A DNA stretch of 64,000 bases from Lama guanicoe (GCA_013239625.1 MU053513.1:3336927-3400926), one strand, 5' to 3'; shown: positions 41,930 through 55,029, counted from the stretch's first letter. Program-made: numbers and translations. The notes: generated from the sequence alone by a model not told the origin.

Positions 41930-42520
41930 GTACGGAACGAAAACAAAGTAGAGAGAGAAGGGAAAAAGAACTACAAACCGGCCCAGCTTTTTTGAGGGTT
42001 TAAGAAATGGGGTCTTTGAATCCTAAAGCCCGCCCGATAGGAGGAAGTCTGGATAAAATTAGAAGCAGCCAACTGCGCCAAGAGGTCTGCAGAAAACGCT
42101 GAGTAATACCCTCTCGCGGAGCCCTCAAAAAAACCTTCCAAGGCGCGTGACTTAACCCAACTATTCTCCAATACCTGGTTAAACAACCCACTGGTAACTG
42201 AGCTGCTTAATATTACCCTACCCCGTCTCCTCCCGAGACATCTGGACAGCAACTCAAAACACGTCCACACTCACCATCTCCGAAAGCGAAAAGAGAACTT
42301 GGCTTCTTCCTGGGTAGAGTTAGGCGGCACGCGCCTGCGCAGAGGCATCCCTCAGGTCCCCTCCACCCCCACGACATAGCTGACCACTCTGCTGCCTGAA
42401 GGAAGGAGCAGTTCCATGGCTGCCCTAGGACCCCATGGATTCCTCATAGCTGTCCTCGCTGCCTGCGCCCAAAGTTTTCGGCGCCAGTTTTCTGCTGCCG
42501 TAATCTCGGTTTGTTCGAAA
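41930..42520 (-). promoter_or_regulatory. RABGGTB: RABGGTB CpG-island promoter with TCT/TOP-like start and NRF1-like site
   Basis: CpG-rich; TTCTCTTTTC at 42297-42288 just upstream of the ATG; TGCGCAGGCGCG at 42341-42330. Confidence 0.8.
42275..42277 (-). CDS. RABGGTB: RABGGTB (Rab geranylgeranyltransferase beta subunit) exon 1: start codon only
   Basis: GGAG ATG|GTGAGT consensus donor inside the CpG island; phase 0 join to exon 2 gives MGTPQKD. Confidence 0.9.
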
Positions 42521-43619
42521 CAGTTTTGAGTAATATTTAAATACCTGAATAACTTCTAAGAAATAATTTATTCTTGAGGCTCTTTGAACTCTTAAGATCT
42601 GAAATGACTGGTAATCAATAGAGTTGCACATGGATAAATGTTCAATAAATGTTTTTTGAGTGAATGTAAGTGACATGTTCATATTCCCCTCCTGTTTGCC
42701 TTGGCCATTACGGATCCGACTCCCTCACCCCCCACTTTAGGAGGTGCTAATATATTAAATATGTGGAAATTACTTTCGAAAAAGAAACACCATGTGTCTT
42801 TTATGAGCTTTCGACAGAATTCAGTTTTCCTAGGTGTGTTAATACACGTATTTCCAATTATTATTTCTTAGGACTTTCATACTTAAGCATTTTTGAGCAC
42901 TCATTAGAAACTGTTGGCACCCCAAACCCTTAAAATGTATTGCATTTGGTAACGATTTCAAGGGTTCCTGACACTATGTATTGGCTATTAGTAATTGAGA
43001 CAATGTTGACTCTACTGTGATGATAGATTATTTCTCCCAGTAGTTCTGTTGCTAACCCCATTTATAGTTTGAGGCTACTTTATTAAATGCATTTATGTTT
43101 AGAATTATCTATTTCTGGTGAGTTGAGTCTTTCAAGATTAAGTGATGACCATCTCTAGCCCTAATAATTTTAATCTTAAAAAATCCGCCGTGTAATTTCC
43201 CCACTTTCTTTTGGCTCTGAATCAGATAAAGGAGGGGTGCTGAAAGAGCAAATGTAGAAGCAGAATATTAAGTGTTCCACGCTCCATATTACACTTGTAA
43301 AATTATATTACCTTCTATATATTTTGTGATGTCCCTGATTTCTTTATCCCTCCGTTTTTGGATTCAGTTCAAGCAAACTAAATCTTGTCTTAAGTCTGAG
43401 AATTACAGGCCTTCCTTAAGTAGTTCCAATAATAAAAGGAACTCTGGATAGGTAGGATGCAGGTGTATAAGTACTAAAATTCTGGAGCCTTTTAAAAAAA
43501 ATCTTTAGACAAAGTTGGAGATTAAAAACACTTAAAAATGTAAAATCCTGTCCTTAATTATGAACTGCAAAAAAGACCTTGAAGGTTAGCTGTTTAAAAA
43601 AAAAGAACATTTAAGACTT

Positions 43620-44045
43620 TTTTTTATTTAATTATGATTGACTTAAAATATTGTATTGATTTCAGATATACAGTAAAGTAATTCAGATATGTATTTTTTC
43701 AGATTCTTTTCCATTATAGGTTATTACAAGATACTGAATATAGTTCCCTGTGCTATCCTTTTTGATCTATTTCATATAGTAGTGTGTATCTGTTAATCAC
43801 ATACTCCTAATTTATCCCTCCCCTCCTTCCCCTTTAGTAACCTTAAGTTTGTTTTCTATGTCTGTGAGTCTGTTTCTGTTTTGTAAATAAGCTCATTTGT
43901 GTCATTTTTTTTTAGATTCCACATGTAAGTGATATCATATATTTGTCTTTGACTTACTTCTCTTAGTATGATCATCTCTAGGTCCATTCAGGTTGCTGCA
44001 AATGGCATTATTTCATTCTTTTTTTATGGCTGAGTAGTGTTCCAT
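43620..44045 (-). mobile_element. LINE-1 3' end between ACADM and RABGGTB
   Basis: T-run, TTCAGATTCTTTTCCATTATAGGTTATTACAAGATACTGAATATAGTTCCCTGTGCTAT ... TTAGATTCCACATGTAAGTGATATCATA. Confidence 0.88.
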
Positions 44046-44405
44046 CTGTTCTGATTGGTTTTTTTAGAGATAAATAAATACTTAAATGTGTTAGTCCCCA
44101 AATTAACAGAAGAATTAAAAATTAACTTATAATGCTTCAAATGAGCAAGACTTTAAGGAAAATCATTCTTATAGAAACTACTGGCTCAGAAACATTTAAA
44201 AATTAAAGTACACATAACTAAGACGAATCTTTGGACATATTAGATAGGTCTAGTAATTTGGGTTAAGGGGAAAAAAACAGCTATGTGTTTTTTTCTCTGC
44301 TTATCAGTGTTAAGTATAAGTACAATGGGGGTTGAAATCCATTAATACTGAAATTACCACCTTTCACTGAGGCTAGAGTATTTATATATGTCTTTTAGAA
44401 TTGCT

Positions 44406-44547
44406 GTTTTTTTGTTTTGTTTTTTGTTTTTTTGGAGCGGGGAGGTAATTGGGTTTGTTTACTTATTCTTGGAGGAGGTACTGGAGAGTGAACCCAGGAC
44501 CTCATGCATGCTAACCATGCACTCCTCACTTGAGCTGTACCCTCCCC
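44406..44547 (-). mobile_element. Camelid vic-1-type tRNA-derived SINE
   Basis: Reverse complement GGGGAGGGTACAGCTCAAGTGAGGAGTGCATGGTTAGCATGCATGAGGTCCTGGGTTCA...CCTCCTCC...AATTACCTCCCC plus A-rich tail; homologous to 48352-48497. Confidence 0.85.
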
Positions 44548-45467
44548 TCTGCACTTCATTTTTCACATGCTTGTTTCTAAATCCTCTGCAGAAATTGCAA
44601 ATTTCTTGAAATCAGGGACTATATATTCTTCTCAGTAATGTCTTACATCTAGCTGATACTTGATAATGCTTTTATATTCACTGAAGGTGCCTGAGATTAG
44701 CTATAAGACAATTAGTTCTAATTCTAATTCTTCTAATATCTGAGAAGAATCCCAATGTTTGTACCCCCAAAAAAATTACATATTTTAAAAATATAATGCC
44801 AAAACTTTGAATAGAGTATAAAATATTTTTTAAATCATAGCTATTAGAGTTCCTTTCCAGATAGTGAGGAAATTGGGATATAATTTAGTAAGAATTTTAT
44901 ATGTTTTATGATGCAACTAAATCCAAGAATGGAAACAGCATAGAAATAACACATGATAAATGTATTCAGTTTTCAAGATAGACACATAGTGCTCACTTGT
45001 GAGAAAATATGAGCTAGGCCAGATTCACCAATAATATAATCATTACTTCCAAAAATGAAGAACCTAGACAAAAGAAAGCCATCCAGCTTTAATGGTCTTA
45101 GTCAGAATAGGATTGAACTGTGAATTCTCAATTGGAATTAGAACTGGAAAATTGCAAGTGGTGTCAGAAACACCATCTAGTGTAACATATTTTAGCAGCA
45201 TTTGATGTTTAGAACTACAAAGAAATAGTGTATTTACATATTCTGGTTCTTATATTATTTTATATTGATATTTTCTGAGGTATCTAATAATGCAATCTAA
45301 TGAAAAATGAGCAGGTAACTTTATGCAGTTCAAAATCAAAACAATTTTTTTCCATCATAGTAAATAAATCAAATATACAATAAATATTACATGAAGTAGT
45401 AAAATTTCTTGGAACGAATATAAATAGATACACAAATCGAACAGACAGACAACACTGAACAAACAAT

Positions 45468-45483
45468 TTTATTTAAGTTTATT
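45468..45483 (-). terminator. ACADM: ACADM polyadenylation signals (tandem AATAAA)
   Basis: Minus strand AATAAACTTAAATAAA followed by GU-rich TTGTTTGTTCAGTGTTGTCTGTCTG, about 730 nt after the stop. Confidence 0.7.
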
Positions 45484-46213
45484 TTTAGAATGTATGCACA
45501 CAAAATGAGATTGTATACTGCAGAACTAAGGCTAACTGGAGACCAAAAGAGTCATATACAAATAATTTAAGGGAAATTTTACTGATTTATTTTAAGTAAG
45601 TCAAGTGAAATGTGGGCTCAGAATTAAACAAGATCTTCAAATAATTTCTGGGCACTGTATAATGGGAGAATATGAACATCAAAGTTTTTACTATTACTGT
45701 ACAAATCAGAAAACAAATGCTTCCCAAATTGTAGTAAAATGAACTTCTATTATACAATTCCATTAAGTCTGCAAAGCTCCTGGCAAGTTATTGAATGGCT
45801 CCCACATCCTACAGTATTTTCTCAATGTAAATTTTGGAACATTTCTTAATATTTTCATAAATCCACTTTTCTGTCATTGGAAAAATATTAAAACTCCAAG
45901 GAATTCCTGTTACTTTAATTTTAAGAGGTCAAAATAACAAAACAAATGTATTTTTCTAGGCTAATGTAATTCAAGTACAGTGGAACTAAGGACAATACAT
46001 AGTTTAATAAAACAAAATATATTATGCAAAAGGCAAGACATAAAGTTAAACAAAAGTAGAAAACCACTATTATAATCAGTTGCATAGGTTTAGTGTAAGA
46101 GTGCTTATTTTTAAATTTTCACTGGGAAAAATCTTAAAGTCCTTTCTCTTTCCTGGAGTTTACATAGTAGATCATGTTCTAATTATTCCAGAATTATTAA
46201 CACAGTGATCTGG

Positions 46214-46285
46214 TTAATTTTTATACCTGCCAATGTGTTCACGGGCTATAATAAGCCTTTGAATTTGTGCTGTACCTTCATAAAT
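46214..46285 (-). CDS. ACADM: ACADM exon 12 (last coding, stop TAA)
   Basis: [23 protein letters not shown]; contains the catalytic Glu (IYEG); TTTTGGCAG acceptor; 72 nt. Confidence 0.97.
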   Translation of the reverse strand: MYEGTAQIQRLIIAREHIGRYKN

Positions 46286-47606
46286 CTGCCAAAAAAAAAA
46301 AGTAGGTTAAATATCTTCACTACATAAATACTTTGATTTACTCAGTATTTTGGACAGCACTCTAAGCTCCTATTGCAACACTAAACTGACTCAAACCATA
46401 TAGAGTCTGTAGTCTAAAGTGATTCTGAAACTTGATTTTCTGAAAATAGAAAATTATACTCTAAAGATTAGTTAAATTATTACAAAAACTCCTTTAGCAA
46501 AATTTTGAAGGACAGTCTTAAAGCATCAAATACAAGGACATTAACATTTCAAACAGTTTGGTAAATCTAAAGTTTTACCGTTTCTAAAATATTTATCCAA
46601 CTTTTTTGAACTGCTTTTAGCTAGTTGTCACCTTTAGTCATTTTCTATTCTTACTTTCAAACCTGATTTTTTTCTTTCTGCCTAAGGAACAGAGTTGCTA
46701 AAGAGAACAGAGTTGCAAATGCTGGAAGGATTTGGTTTTGTTCACTTAGGTATTCCTAATAGCCACCCCTCATTGCTAGTTGAAACTTGTAACCCAAGCA
46801 TTTGTTAGTTCCGATGGCAGAGAAAAGTTAAAAAGCAGTCATCACAGGCTCCAGGGGAGGGCGAGCATTACCAGATGAATCAGTAACTTTGGATAAGGAA
46901 CAAATTCTGACCCTTAGTTCTTTCAGGTCTAAACTCAAGGGTTGCACTATCTGAATGTCTTTCTCTAACAGTTTATGATTCTACCTCTAGATTTCAAATG
47001 ACTTTTTTCTATATTTGTCAAATAATTTGCTAGGGGTAGAGGGAAGCTATGGAAAAGATATTGAGAAGTTTGGGTTATAATTACTTAAGTTACATGTGGG
47101 CATGGGCACTTATATCTTATTTACTAAATTACTCCAATCTCTAGGTTTTTCTAACCACCAACTTAACTTAGAAGACAGAGTCATCTAGATCATTTTCTAG
47201 AACTTCATCCTCCTCTCTTCCTCTCCTTGGTTTTTTAACTCCCACATATGGTTTCAAGAGTTGTCAGGTAAGATTCAAAATAAAGTAACTAATTTTAAAT
47301 GATATGCATACTTTTAGGAGACCAAAGGATGGGTTACAATTAGCTAGGATGTTAAGAATCAAAGAAGCCTGACCAGACATACTGCACATTTCTGTGCCAT
47401 TTATTTTGCTAGCCTGTTCTAAGACATAAACTTCAAGGTCACATTTTTCTTTGCCTTAATTAGTTCTAAAATCTAGGCTCAGAGGCACCTATGATAAAGA
47501 TTTATTATTACTAGTGCCATAAAATCTCCAAATGATCAGAAATCTACCATAACATTTATGAATATTATGATCCCTAAAAATACACAAAAATCATTTTTAA
47601 CATTAC

Positions 47607-47855
47607 CTGATAGATCTTGGCATCTCTCATTAGTTTTTCTACAGGATATTCTGTATTAAATCCATTGCCTCCGAAAATCTGCACAGCATCAGTAGCTACC
47701 TGATTTGCAATATCTCCAGCAAATGCCTTTGCAATAGAGGCATAATAGGTATTTCGGCGACCACAATCAATCTCCCAAGCGGCTCTCTGGCAACTCAGTC
47801 TAGCTAGTTCAACTTTCATTGCCATTTCAGCCAGCAAAAATGATATTCCTTGGTG
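47607..47855 (-). CDS. ACADM: ACADM exon 11
   Basis: [83 protein letters not shown]; acyl-CoA dehydrogenase C-terminal signature; 249 nt. Confidence 0.98.
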
Positions 47856-48351
47856 CTAGAATTAAAAAGAAAAAAAGTTTAAAGACATCTTAATTTAAAG
47901 ATGACTAATTTAAAAGTTTTTTTCCTGGAACTTTTTTTTAGCTTCAAAAACTAATTTTAGACTTGTTACAGTCTACTTCCTCCAGTGGTAACATATTACA
48001 AATCCATAGTATAATGATCAAAGACAGGACATTAATGTTGGTAAAATATTATCAACTAATCTACACACTGTATTCAAATTTGGCCAAGTTTTCCACTAAT
48101 GTCTTTTTTCTGTTGAAAGATCCCATCCAAGATTCCGACTGAATTTAATTGTTATTTCTTCCTAGTCTATCTCAGGCTGCTGGGATTCCTCAGTCTTTCC
48201 TTCTCTTTCAAGACCACAGTACACTCTTGAAGAATATTGGTTATTTTTGGTTATTGGTTATTTTTTGTAGAATGTCCCTCAATTTGGGTTTGTCTGATGT
48301 TTTCACAGGACTGAAATGAAGTTATGCATTTTTGGCAAAAATACCATAAGA

Positions 48352-48497
48352 GGGGAGGGTGTAGCTCAAGTGGTTGAGTGCATGCTCAGCATACACAAGG
48401 TCCTGGGTTCAATCCCCAGTATCTCCTCTAAAAATAAGAAATAATAATAATAATAAACCTAATTACCTCCCCCCACCAAAAAAAAATTTAAAAAAAT
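48352..48497 (+). mobile_element. Camelid vic-1-type tRNA-derived SINE
   Basis: GGGGAGGGTGTAGCTCAAGTGG (A box) ... GGTTCAATCCCC (B box) ... AAACCTAATTACCTCCCCCC plus A tail; imperfect TSD AAAAATACCAT/AAAAATTACAT. Confidence 0.88.
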
Positions 48498-48821
48498 TAC
48501 ATGGATCCTTCTAAGTATCTCCTGGGACTTTTAAAAGAAAATTGCCATAGATAGTGAAAAATAATGTAGCACTCACTATATAAGGTGCTGATGGGAAAGT
48601 GAGTGTCCTGACAAGGACAAATAAAAGAAGTTTCTTATCCACTAGAGGTTCATAATCAAATAGGAGACTTAGGGCAAATACTTTCAAAAAGAGACAGTAA
48701 GTGTTCTATGAGTTATATGGCCAAGATATGCTATAGGATGGAAATATGTTCATCATACATTGATATGTGAAAACTTCAAATATGTCATATGGTTCCAGCT
48801 TTGGAAAAATATATTGATGAC

Positions 48822-50620
48822 CCCCAAAGAGCAAAATACACCAGAAATTAACATTGTAACTGACTATGCTTCAATTAAAAAAAAATAAAATAAATTAAAA
48901 AATAAAGAGCACATGGAATATTCTCCAGGATAGACCACATGTTAGCCACAAAACAAGTCTCAATACATGATAAAAGGTTTAAAATCATACCAAACATCTA
49001 CTCTAACCACAACAATATAAGACTATAAACCATCTACAAAAACAACCCTGCAAAAAACACAAACACATGGAATCTAAACAACATGCTACCAAAAAACCAA
49101 TGGATCACTGAATAAATCAAAGAGGAAATCAAAAACTACCTGGAGACAAATGAAAATGGAAATACAACATTCCAAAACCTACGAGCAAAAGTGGAAGTTT
49201 ATAGCAATACAGGCTTTCCGCAAGAAACTAGAAAAATCTCAAGTGAACAATTAACCTTACACCTAAAAGAGCTAGAAAAAGAAGAATAATCTCAAAGTTA
49301 ATCCCAAAGAACAAAAGAAATAATAAAGATCAGCGCAGAAATAAATGAAATCAAGACTAAAACAAATAAGAAATCAATGAAACTAAGAGCTGGTTCTTTG
49401 AAAATATAAATAAAATTGATAAACCTTTAGCCAAACTCTTCACGAAAAAAAGAGAGGTCCTAAATAAATAAAATTAGAAATGAAAGAGGACAAGTTGTAA
49501 TCAATATCACAGGAATACAAAATATCATGAGATTACTACAAAATTTATATGCTAATAAACTGGACAACCCAGAAGAAATGGATAAATTCCTAGAGACATA
49601 ACTTAAGAAGACTAAATAAGAAAGAAACAGAAATCTAAGCAGACCAATTAATAGTAATGAAATTGATTCAGTAACAAAAAAAAACTCTTAACAAACAAAA
49701 GTCTAGGACCAGATAGCTTCACAGGTAAATTCTACCAAACATAAAAAAAAAAAAAAAAAAAAACCAAAAGCCTTAACACCTATCCTTCTGAAACCATTCC
49801 AAAAAAGTTGAAAATGCTTCTAAACTCATTTTCCAAAGACAGCATTACCCTGATATCAAAACCAGACCACCACCACCACCCCCCAAAAAATAAAGTAAAA
49901 ATAAATAAAAATTACAGGCCAATATCCCTGATGAATATAGATACAAAAATCTTCAACAAAATATTAGCAAACCAAATTCAGTAGTACATTAAAAAGATGA
50001 TACATCATGATCAAGTGTGATTTATCCCAGGGATGCAAGAATGTTCATTATTCACAAGTCAAATCAATGTGATACACATTAATAAAATGAAGGATAAAAA
50101 CCATATAATCATTTCAACAGAGGCAGAAAAAGCTTTTGACAAAATCCAACATCCATTTATGATAAAAACTGTCAACAAAGTGGGTATAGAGAAAACATAC
50201 CTCAACATAGTAAAGGACCAACCCACAGTTAACATCACACTCAATGGTGAAAAGCTGAAAACATTTCCTCTAAAATCAGGGACAAGGAGATGTTGCCCAC
50301 TCCCGCCACTTTTATTCAACATAAAATTGGAAGTCCTAGCGATCAGACAAGTAAAAGAGATAAAAGGCATCCAAATTGTAAAGGAAGAAGCAAAACTGTC
50401 ACTGTCTGTAGATAACATGGTCTAGAAAACTCTATAGACTCCACAAAAAACACTATTAGCAATCTGTAGCATTTTTATACACTAATAATGATCTATTAGA
50501 AAGATACATTAAGAAAACACTCCCATTCACAATTGCATCGAAGAGAAAAAACTGCCTAGGAATAAATGTAACCAAGGAAGTGAAAGACCTGTACTCTGAA
50601 AACTGTAAGACACTGATGAC
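48822..50620 (+). mobile_element. LINE-1 ORF2 fragment (endonuclease end to reverse transcriptase) in ACADM intron 10
   Basis: ORF 50033-50425: [26 protein letters not shown]...[24 protein letters not shown] (RT motifs); several frameshifts. Confidence 0.92.
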
Positions 50621-50978
50621 ATAACAAATAATGCTAATAAAATGCTAACAAAAATTTGTCCTCAAACAAATTGTTAAATTTTGCTGAGCTGCAGTTTCCT
50701 GATCTTCAATGGAGATCGCAGTACTACCAAAACAAGGGTAGTACTAGAGGAATTAGATGATGTATTTAAAACGTGTAGCACAGTGTCAGTACAGCACAGG
50801 CACTCAGATAGTATCTGCTCTTTGTCCTCTTAATTAACATAATTCCCAAAGTGGACAACAGTTAATGGCAAAGTCTAAAATCTATTCTTAAAGCCCACCC
50901 TGATTGTTCACATTATCTTCTTGCTACCAAAGCAGAAAGATAGCAGTTTGTACTTAAAAGATAACTTTCAAATATTTA

Positions 50979-51128
<150 letters not shown>

Positions 51129-51650
51129 CTAGAAATTTAACATTTTACAAAGCAAAACTTGATGTTGTCTTTAAAACACACAGTATAATGGTACACAAAG
51201 AGAAGCCGACCTATACCTTAAGGCAACAAAGTGGGTGGGAGGGGGAGATCACAAGCGTTTATATTTATATTATTTATGAATTAAAGGTTAATGGAAGGCA
51301 TTTTTAAAGCTCAGAATCATAGCCTAGAGACAAGTCATTCCTTCTGTTTAACAAGGGAAAGCTTCTTATGGAAAATATTCCTAATATGTGAGGAAGGAGG
51401 AAATGAGTACATATTCCCCAGGAATGATTAAATGTGAGCTGCTTCTTTGTAAATCCAACAACTACAGTATTATTATATTTGCTAAAATAATTTCTGTAAT
51501 AGGTAACGAGAGAGTTGAAGAATTCTAAAACAAAAAACAATCTCTCCACCCTTAATAAAAGAAGCAGATATTAAAAAGGAAATACACACCAAGCACACAA
51601 TGTAAAAACCACTCAATGTAATAAACAAAAAAATCCTACAAAGATTATCA

Positions 51651-51806
<156 letters not shown>

Positions 51807-52394
51807 CTAATAAGGAAAAAGATATATATTAAGGAACATTTTTTTGAGCTAGGATACATTTTTGCTTTAACCACTGTTTTATGACTTTCTGCAATTGTCT
51901 TAAACAGGGGTAGACAAAACAGGCCTGCAATGCCTGTTTTGTAGAGATAGATTTATTGGAATGCAGTCACACCTATTCATTACATATCACCTAATGGTTA
52001 CTTTCTTGCTACAATGGCAGAATTGAGTAGCTGTAACAGAGACCATGTAGCCCTCAAAATCTAAAGTATTTACAAAATATTCCAGATCTTTACCAAAAAC
52101 TGTTCATCAACTCCTAGTCTAAAACAGTGTTTCACAAACTTTGAAGCCAACACTAGCCTAAAATCTACATGTACATATTACCTACAAAGACAAATTTCAT
52201 TATATGTTTGAAGATTATCCTTTTTACCATAGTAAATGTGGTAAAATGTAATGTCATTAAAAACATTTAGCAAACAGAATCTGCTTTGAAACATTTAATT
52301 TTAGCTTAACTAACAGAGCTAGCAAAGGAATGTACTGGGTAATAGTTGTATCTGTTTTCCCGGAACTCTTTCTTAGAATTAGGGTTAACAGGAT

Positions 52395-53090
52395 AGAATC
52401 TGCATATAGAAAAATTCGCCCACTTTACAAACACATTTCTGACAAATGTATGTGTGTCTAATCAACATCACAATCAAGATACTTCAGCACCCCAAAAAGT
52501 TCCTTTGTACCACTTTTAGTCAATTCCCTTACTCTACTCCCAACCCCAAGCAACTGATCTGATTTCTGTCCATGAGTTTTTCCTTTTCCAGAATGTCATA
52601 TAAGTGGAATAAGGTCAGCCTGCTATGCCTGACTTCTCACTCTGCATAGTGCTTCATTCATGTTGCTGCTGATCAGTAATTCATTTCTTTTACTGCTGAG
52701 TTGTGTTCCACTATATGGATGTACCATAAATCCTATCCACAAGTAGATGGCTCCCCCCACCCCCAAGTTTTCAGTAATTATAAATAAAGTTGCTATAAAC
52801 ATAGGTCCTTATATTCATTTCTCTTGAGTGCTGGGTATGTGGTAAGTGCACACACAAGAAATTGCCAAGGTAACTATATTCCCTCAAATTCTTGTTTTGA
52901 AAATTTTCAAACCAATAGAAGAGCTCCCAGATAAGTAAAACAAGTATCTCTATACCCTTTACCTAGATTCACCAATTGTCGACATTTTGGCACATTTGCT
53001 TTATTTCTGTGGGGTTTTGTGTGTGTGTGTGTATAACTATTAGTATTATTTGCTGAATTATTTGAGAAGTTGCAGATATCATGACCCTTC
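52395..53090 (-). mobile_element. Old LINE-1 (L1MB-ME type) 3' fragments
   Basis: CCTTTTCCAGAATGTCATATAAGTGGAAT, ATAAATAAAGTTGCTATAAACAT, CCTAGATTCACCAATTGTCGACATTTTG. Confidence 0.7.
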
Positions 53091-53859
53091 TTAGGGAAAA
53101 AAAAAGTAATCTCATTTTTAATATGCAGTGGGGTCAATGGGAACATAGAGCTATAAACAAATTCTTTAATATCAATAGTCTGCTTCAAGGCCTGAAGAAA
53201 TAGTGACAATAATACATAGTTTGAACAAGAGAGAAACTAACATCTCTTTGTCTTTTAAAGTTGATAAACTCTAATACCTTAGACCTTTACTCGGATGTTT
53301 ACAAAAACATTGTTTTACTCTATCCTGTTTCCCAGACTCATCCAAACACCAGAACATTTAAGACCAAAATGCTTCCTAGACTCATCTCAAGCCATATAGT
53401 TTCTAAAACACAAAAGTTTTGAAAAACATCAAATTTCACAAACTTGAAATTCAATATATTTCAAAAAAGACTTAAAGAGATTTAACATATACTTATCTGT
53501 TTCTCTCACTAGAAAGTAAATTCCCCAAGGGCAGAGATTTTTGTCTGTTTTGATTCATACAGTAATCTCAATATCTAGAATAGTGCCTAGCAATGAACTC
53601 AATAGATATTTATTGAATTAGAGATTTTTCTAAAGTGAAAAAATGGGAAAAAAGAAAGTAAGACTAAAATTAGCAAGCTAAAATCAGAAATGGGTTTACT
53701 ACTGAAAAAAGTATAATCTGTCAGGACCTTTACACTTTCTAGAGATGGCCATAAATTTGGCCCTGAGTTTTCTAGCAACCATCCCTAAAAGAGAAACATG
53801 AATGAAACATAAATAAAAACAAACCAATTGCTTAGAAGCACAACCACTTTTAGTACTTA

Positions 53860-55029
53860 TGAAACTAAGCAGAAATCTGTGTCACCCCCTCCTCCTGCCA
53901 AGTACTAAGGCCCTCTACGTCCCCCTGCCTCTTGTTTGTAGAAAAGCTAAAATCTCCCAGTCCTCCCTGAGTCACAAAAGAACAGGCTCCATTACTTATT
54001 AGGACAAGAGAGTCATAGACTCACTGTCTGTGCACAATCCTGAATTGTTTTACAGGTACTGTAACTGCCACCAGAGGGAAAAAGCTAATTGTATGATGAC
54101 TAGACTGCAGCCATGACATAAGCTGCTCCCTCTTGAGCAGCACTGAATCTATGGCCAGCACAATTCCAAGAACTGGCGTCAAGAGAATGGAATTAACACT
54201 ATCATAATAGCTATTCATAACACTGCTATACAGCTCATAATAATCTGTATCTCTGTGAACATCAAAATAACTGCAGCTTGTTCTGCCCATATATGTAAGT
54301 GGGCAACTAAAACTGTCAGCAGAAATGCTTCAAATCCATGTCGGTATCTTTCACCTTAAGACCTCGATGCCCTTTCTCAGCATGAAGCAGTTAAAGAAGA
54401 CAGAATTTTGTTCCTAATCCCACAGAAATATAATGGTATCTGATGGGGGTGGAGGGGAGATTTATAAACAACTCTTTGCAAGAAACCACCCTCAGCAGGA
54501 AACTCCTTTTGTCTTGCCACTTTAGCAAAGCATATTGTAAGTAACTTTTAACTCACATGCTCCCATGCTCTACTCATCTCCAGCCCTAGCACACCCTTCA
54601 AATCGTTTGACTACACAATACCTCGCCTAACTACTGGTTCTGTCCATAGGTCAAAGAAGTAGAAATGAAGAATAAGTAATTAATAGATGAAGAGATCTCT
54701 TCCCTAGCTCTCCCTTCAGCAATCTCACAAACTGTGTGAACGAAATAGCAACTGAAGAAAGATCACAAGGAGTCTACAAGCCTGCATGCAGTGGGAGATG
54801 ACGATGAACTTGATCCCCCATCTCAATGATTAACTGAGATCACTTCCCCTTTTCCCTTTCAAATTCTCATGGCTGAGCAGAATATTGGGAGTTGGTCTTT
54901 GGGGGACATAAGTCTACCTTCTCGCCACATTGCCAGCATTCTGGTTAAAAGCAACTTTCCTTTCTACCAACAACTGCCTCTCAGTATTGATTTTTGAGAA
55001 GCAAGCATCCAGACCTGAGTTCAGTAACA
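53860..55029 (+). mobile_element. ERV1-class LTR element (MER34/MER39-like 3' end) with 4-bp TSD
   Basis: CTTA|TGAAACTAAGCAG ... CCAGACCTGAGTTCAGTAACA|CTTA: TG...CA termini and exact CTTA duplication. Confidence 0.8.

Noticed and set aside
46853..46900. Resemblance to 28S rRNA (ATCAGTAACTTTGGATAAGGA versus ATCCGTAACTTCGGGATAAGGA)
   Set aside because: Only a gapped core of about 20 nt and poor flanks; needs an nhmmer LSU-rRNA search to be credible.
48352..48425. tRNA-like sequence with A and B boxes
   Set aside because: Continues into a SINE body and A-tail and has a diverged sibling at 44406-44547, so it is a SINE rather than a tRNA gene.
50033..50425. Longest ORF in the window (130 aa, RT-like)
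   Set aside because: Degenerate L1 ORF2 piece with an altered catalytic motif (SVDNM for FADDM) and flanking frameshifts; not a gene or an active element.
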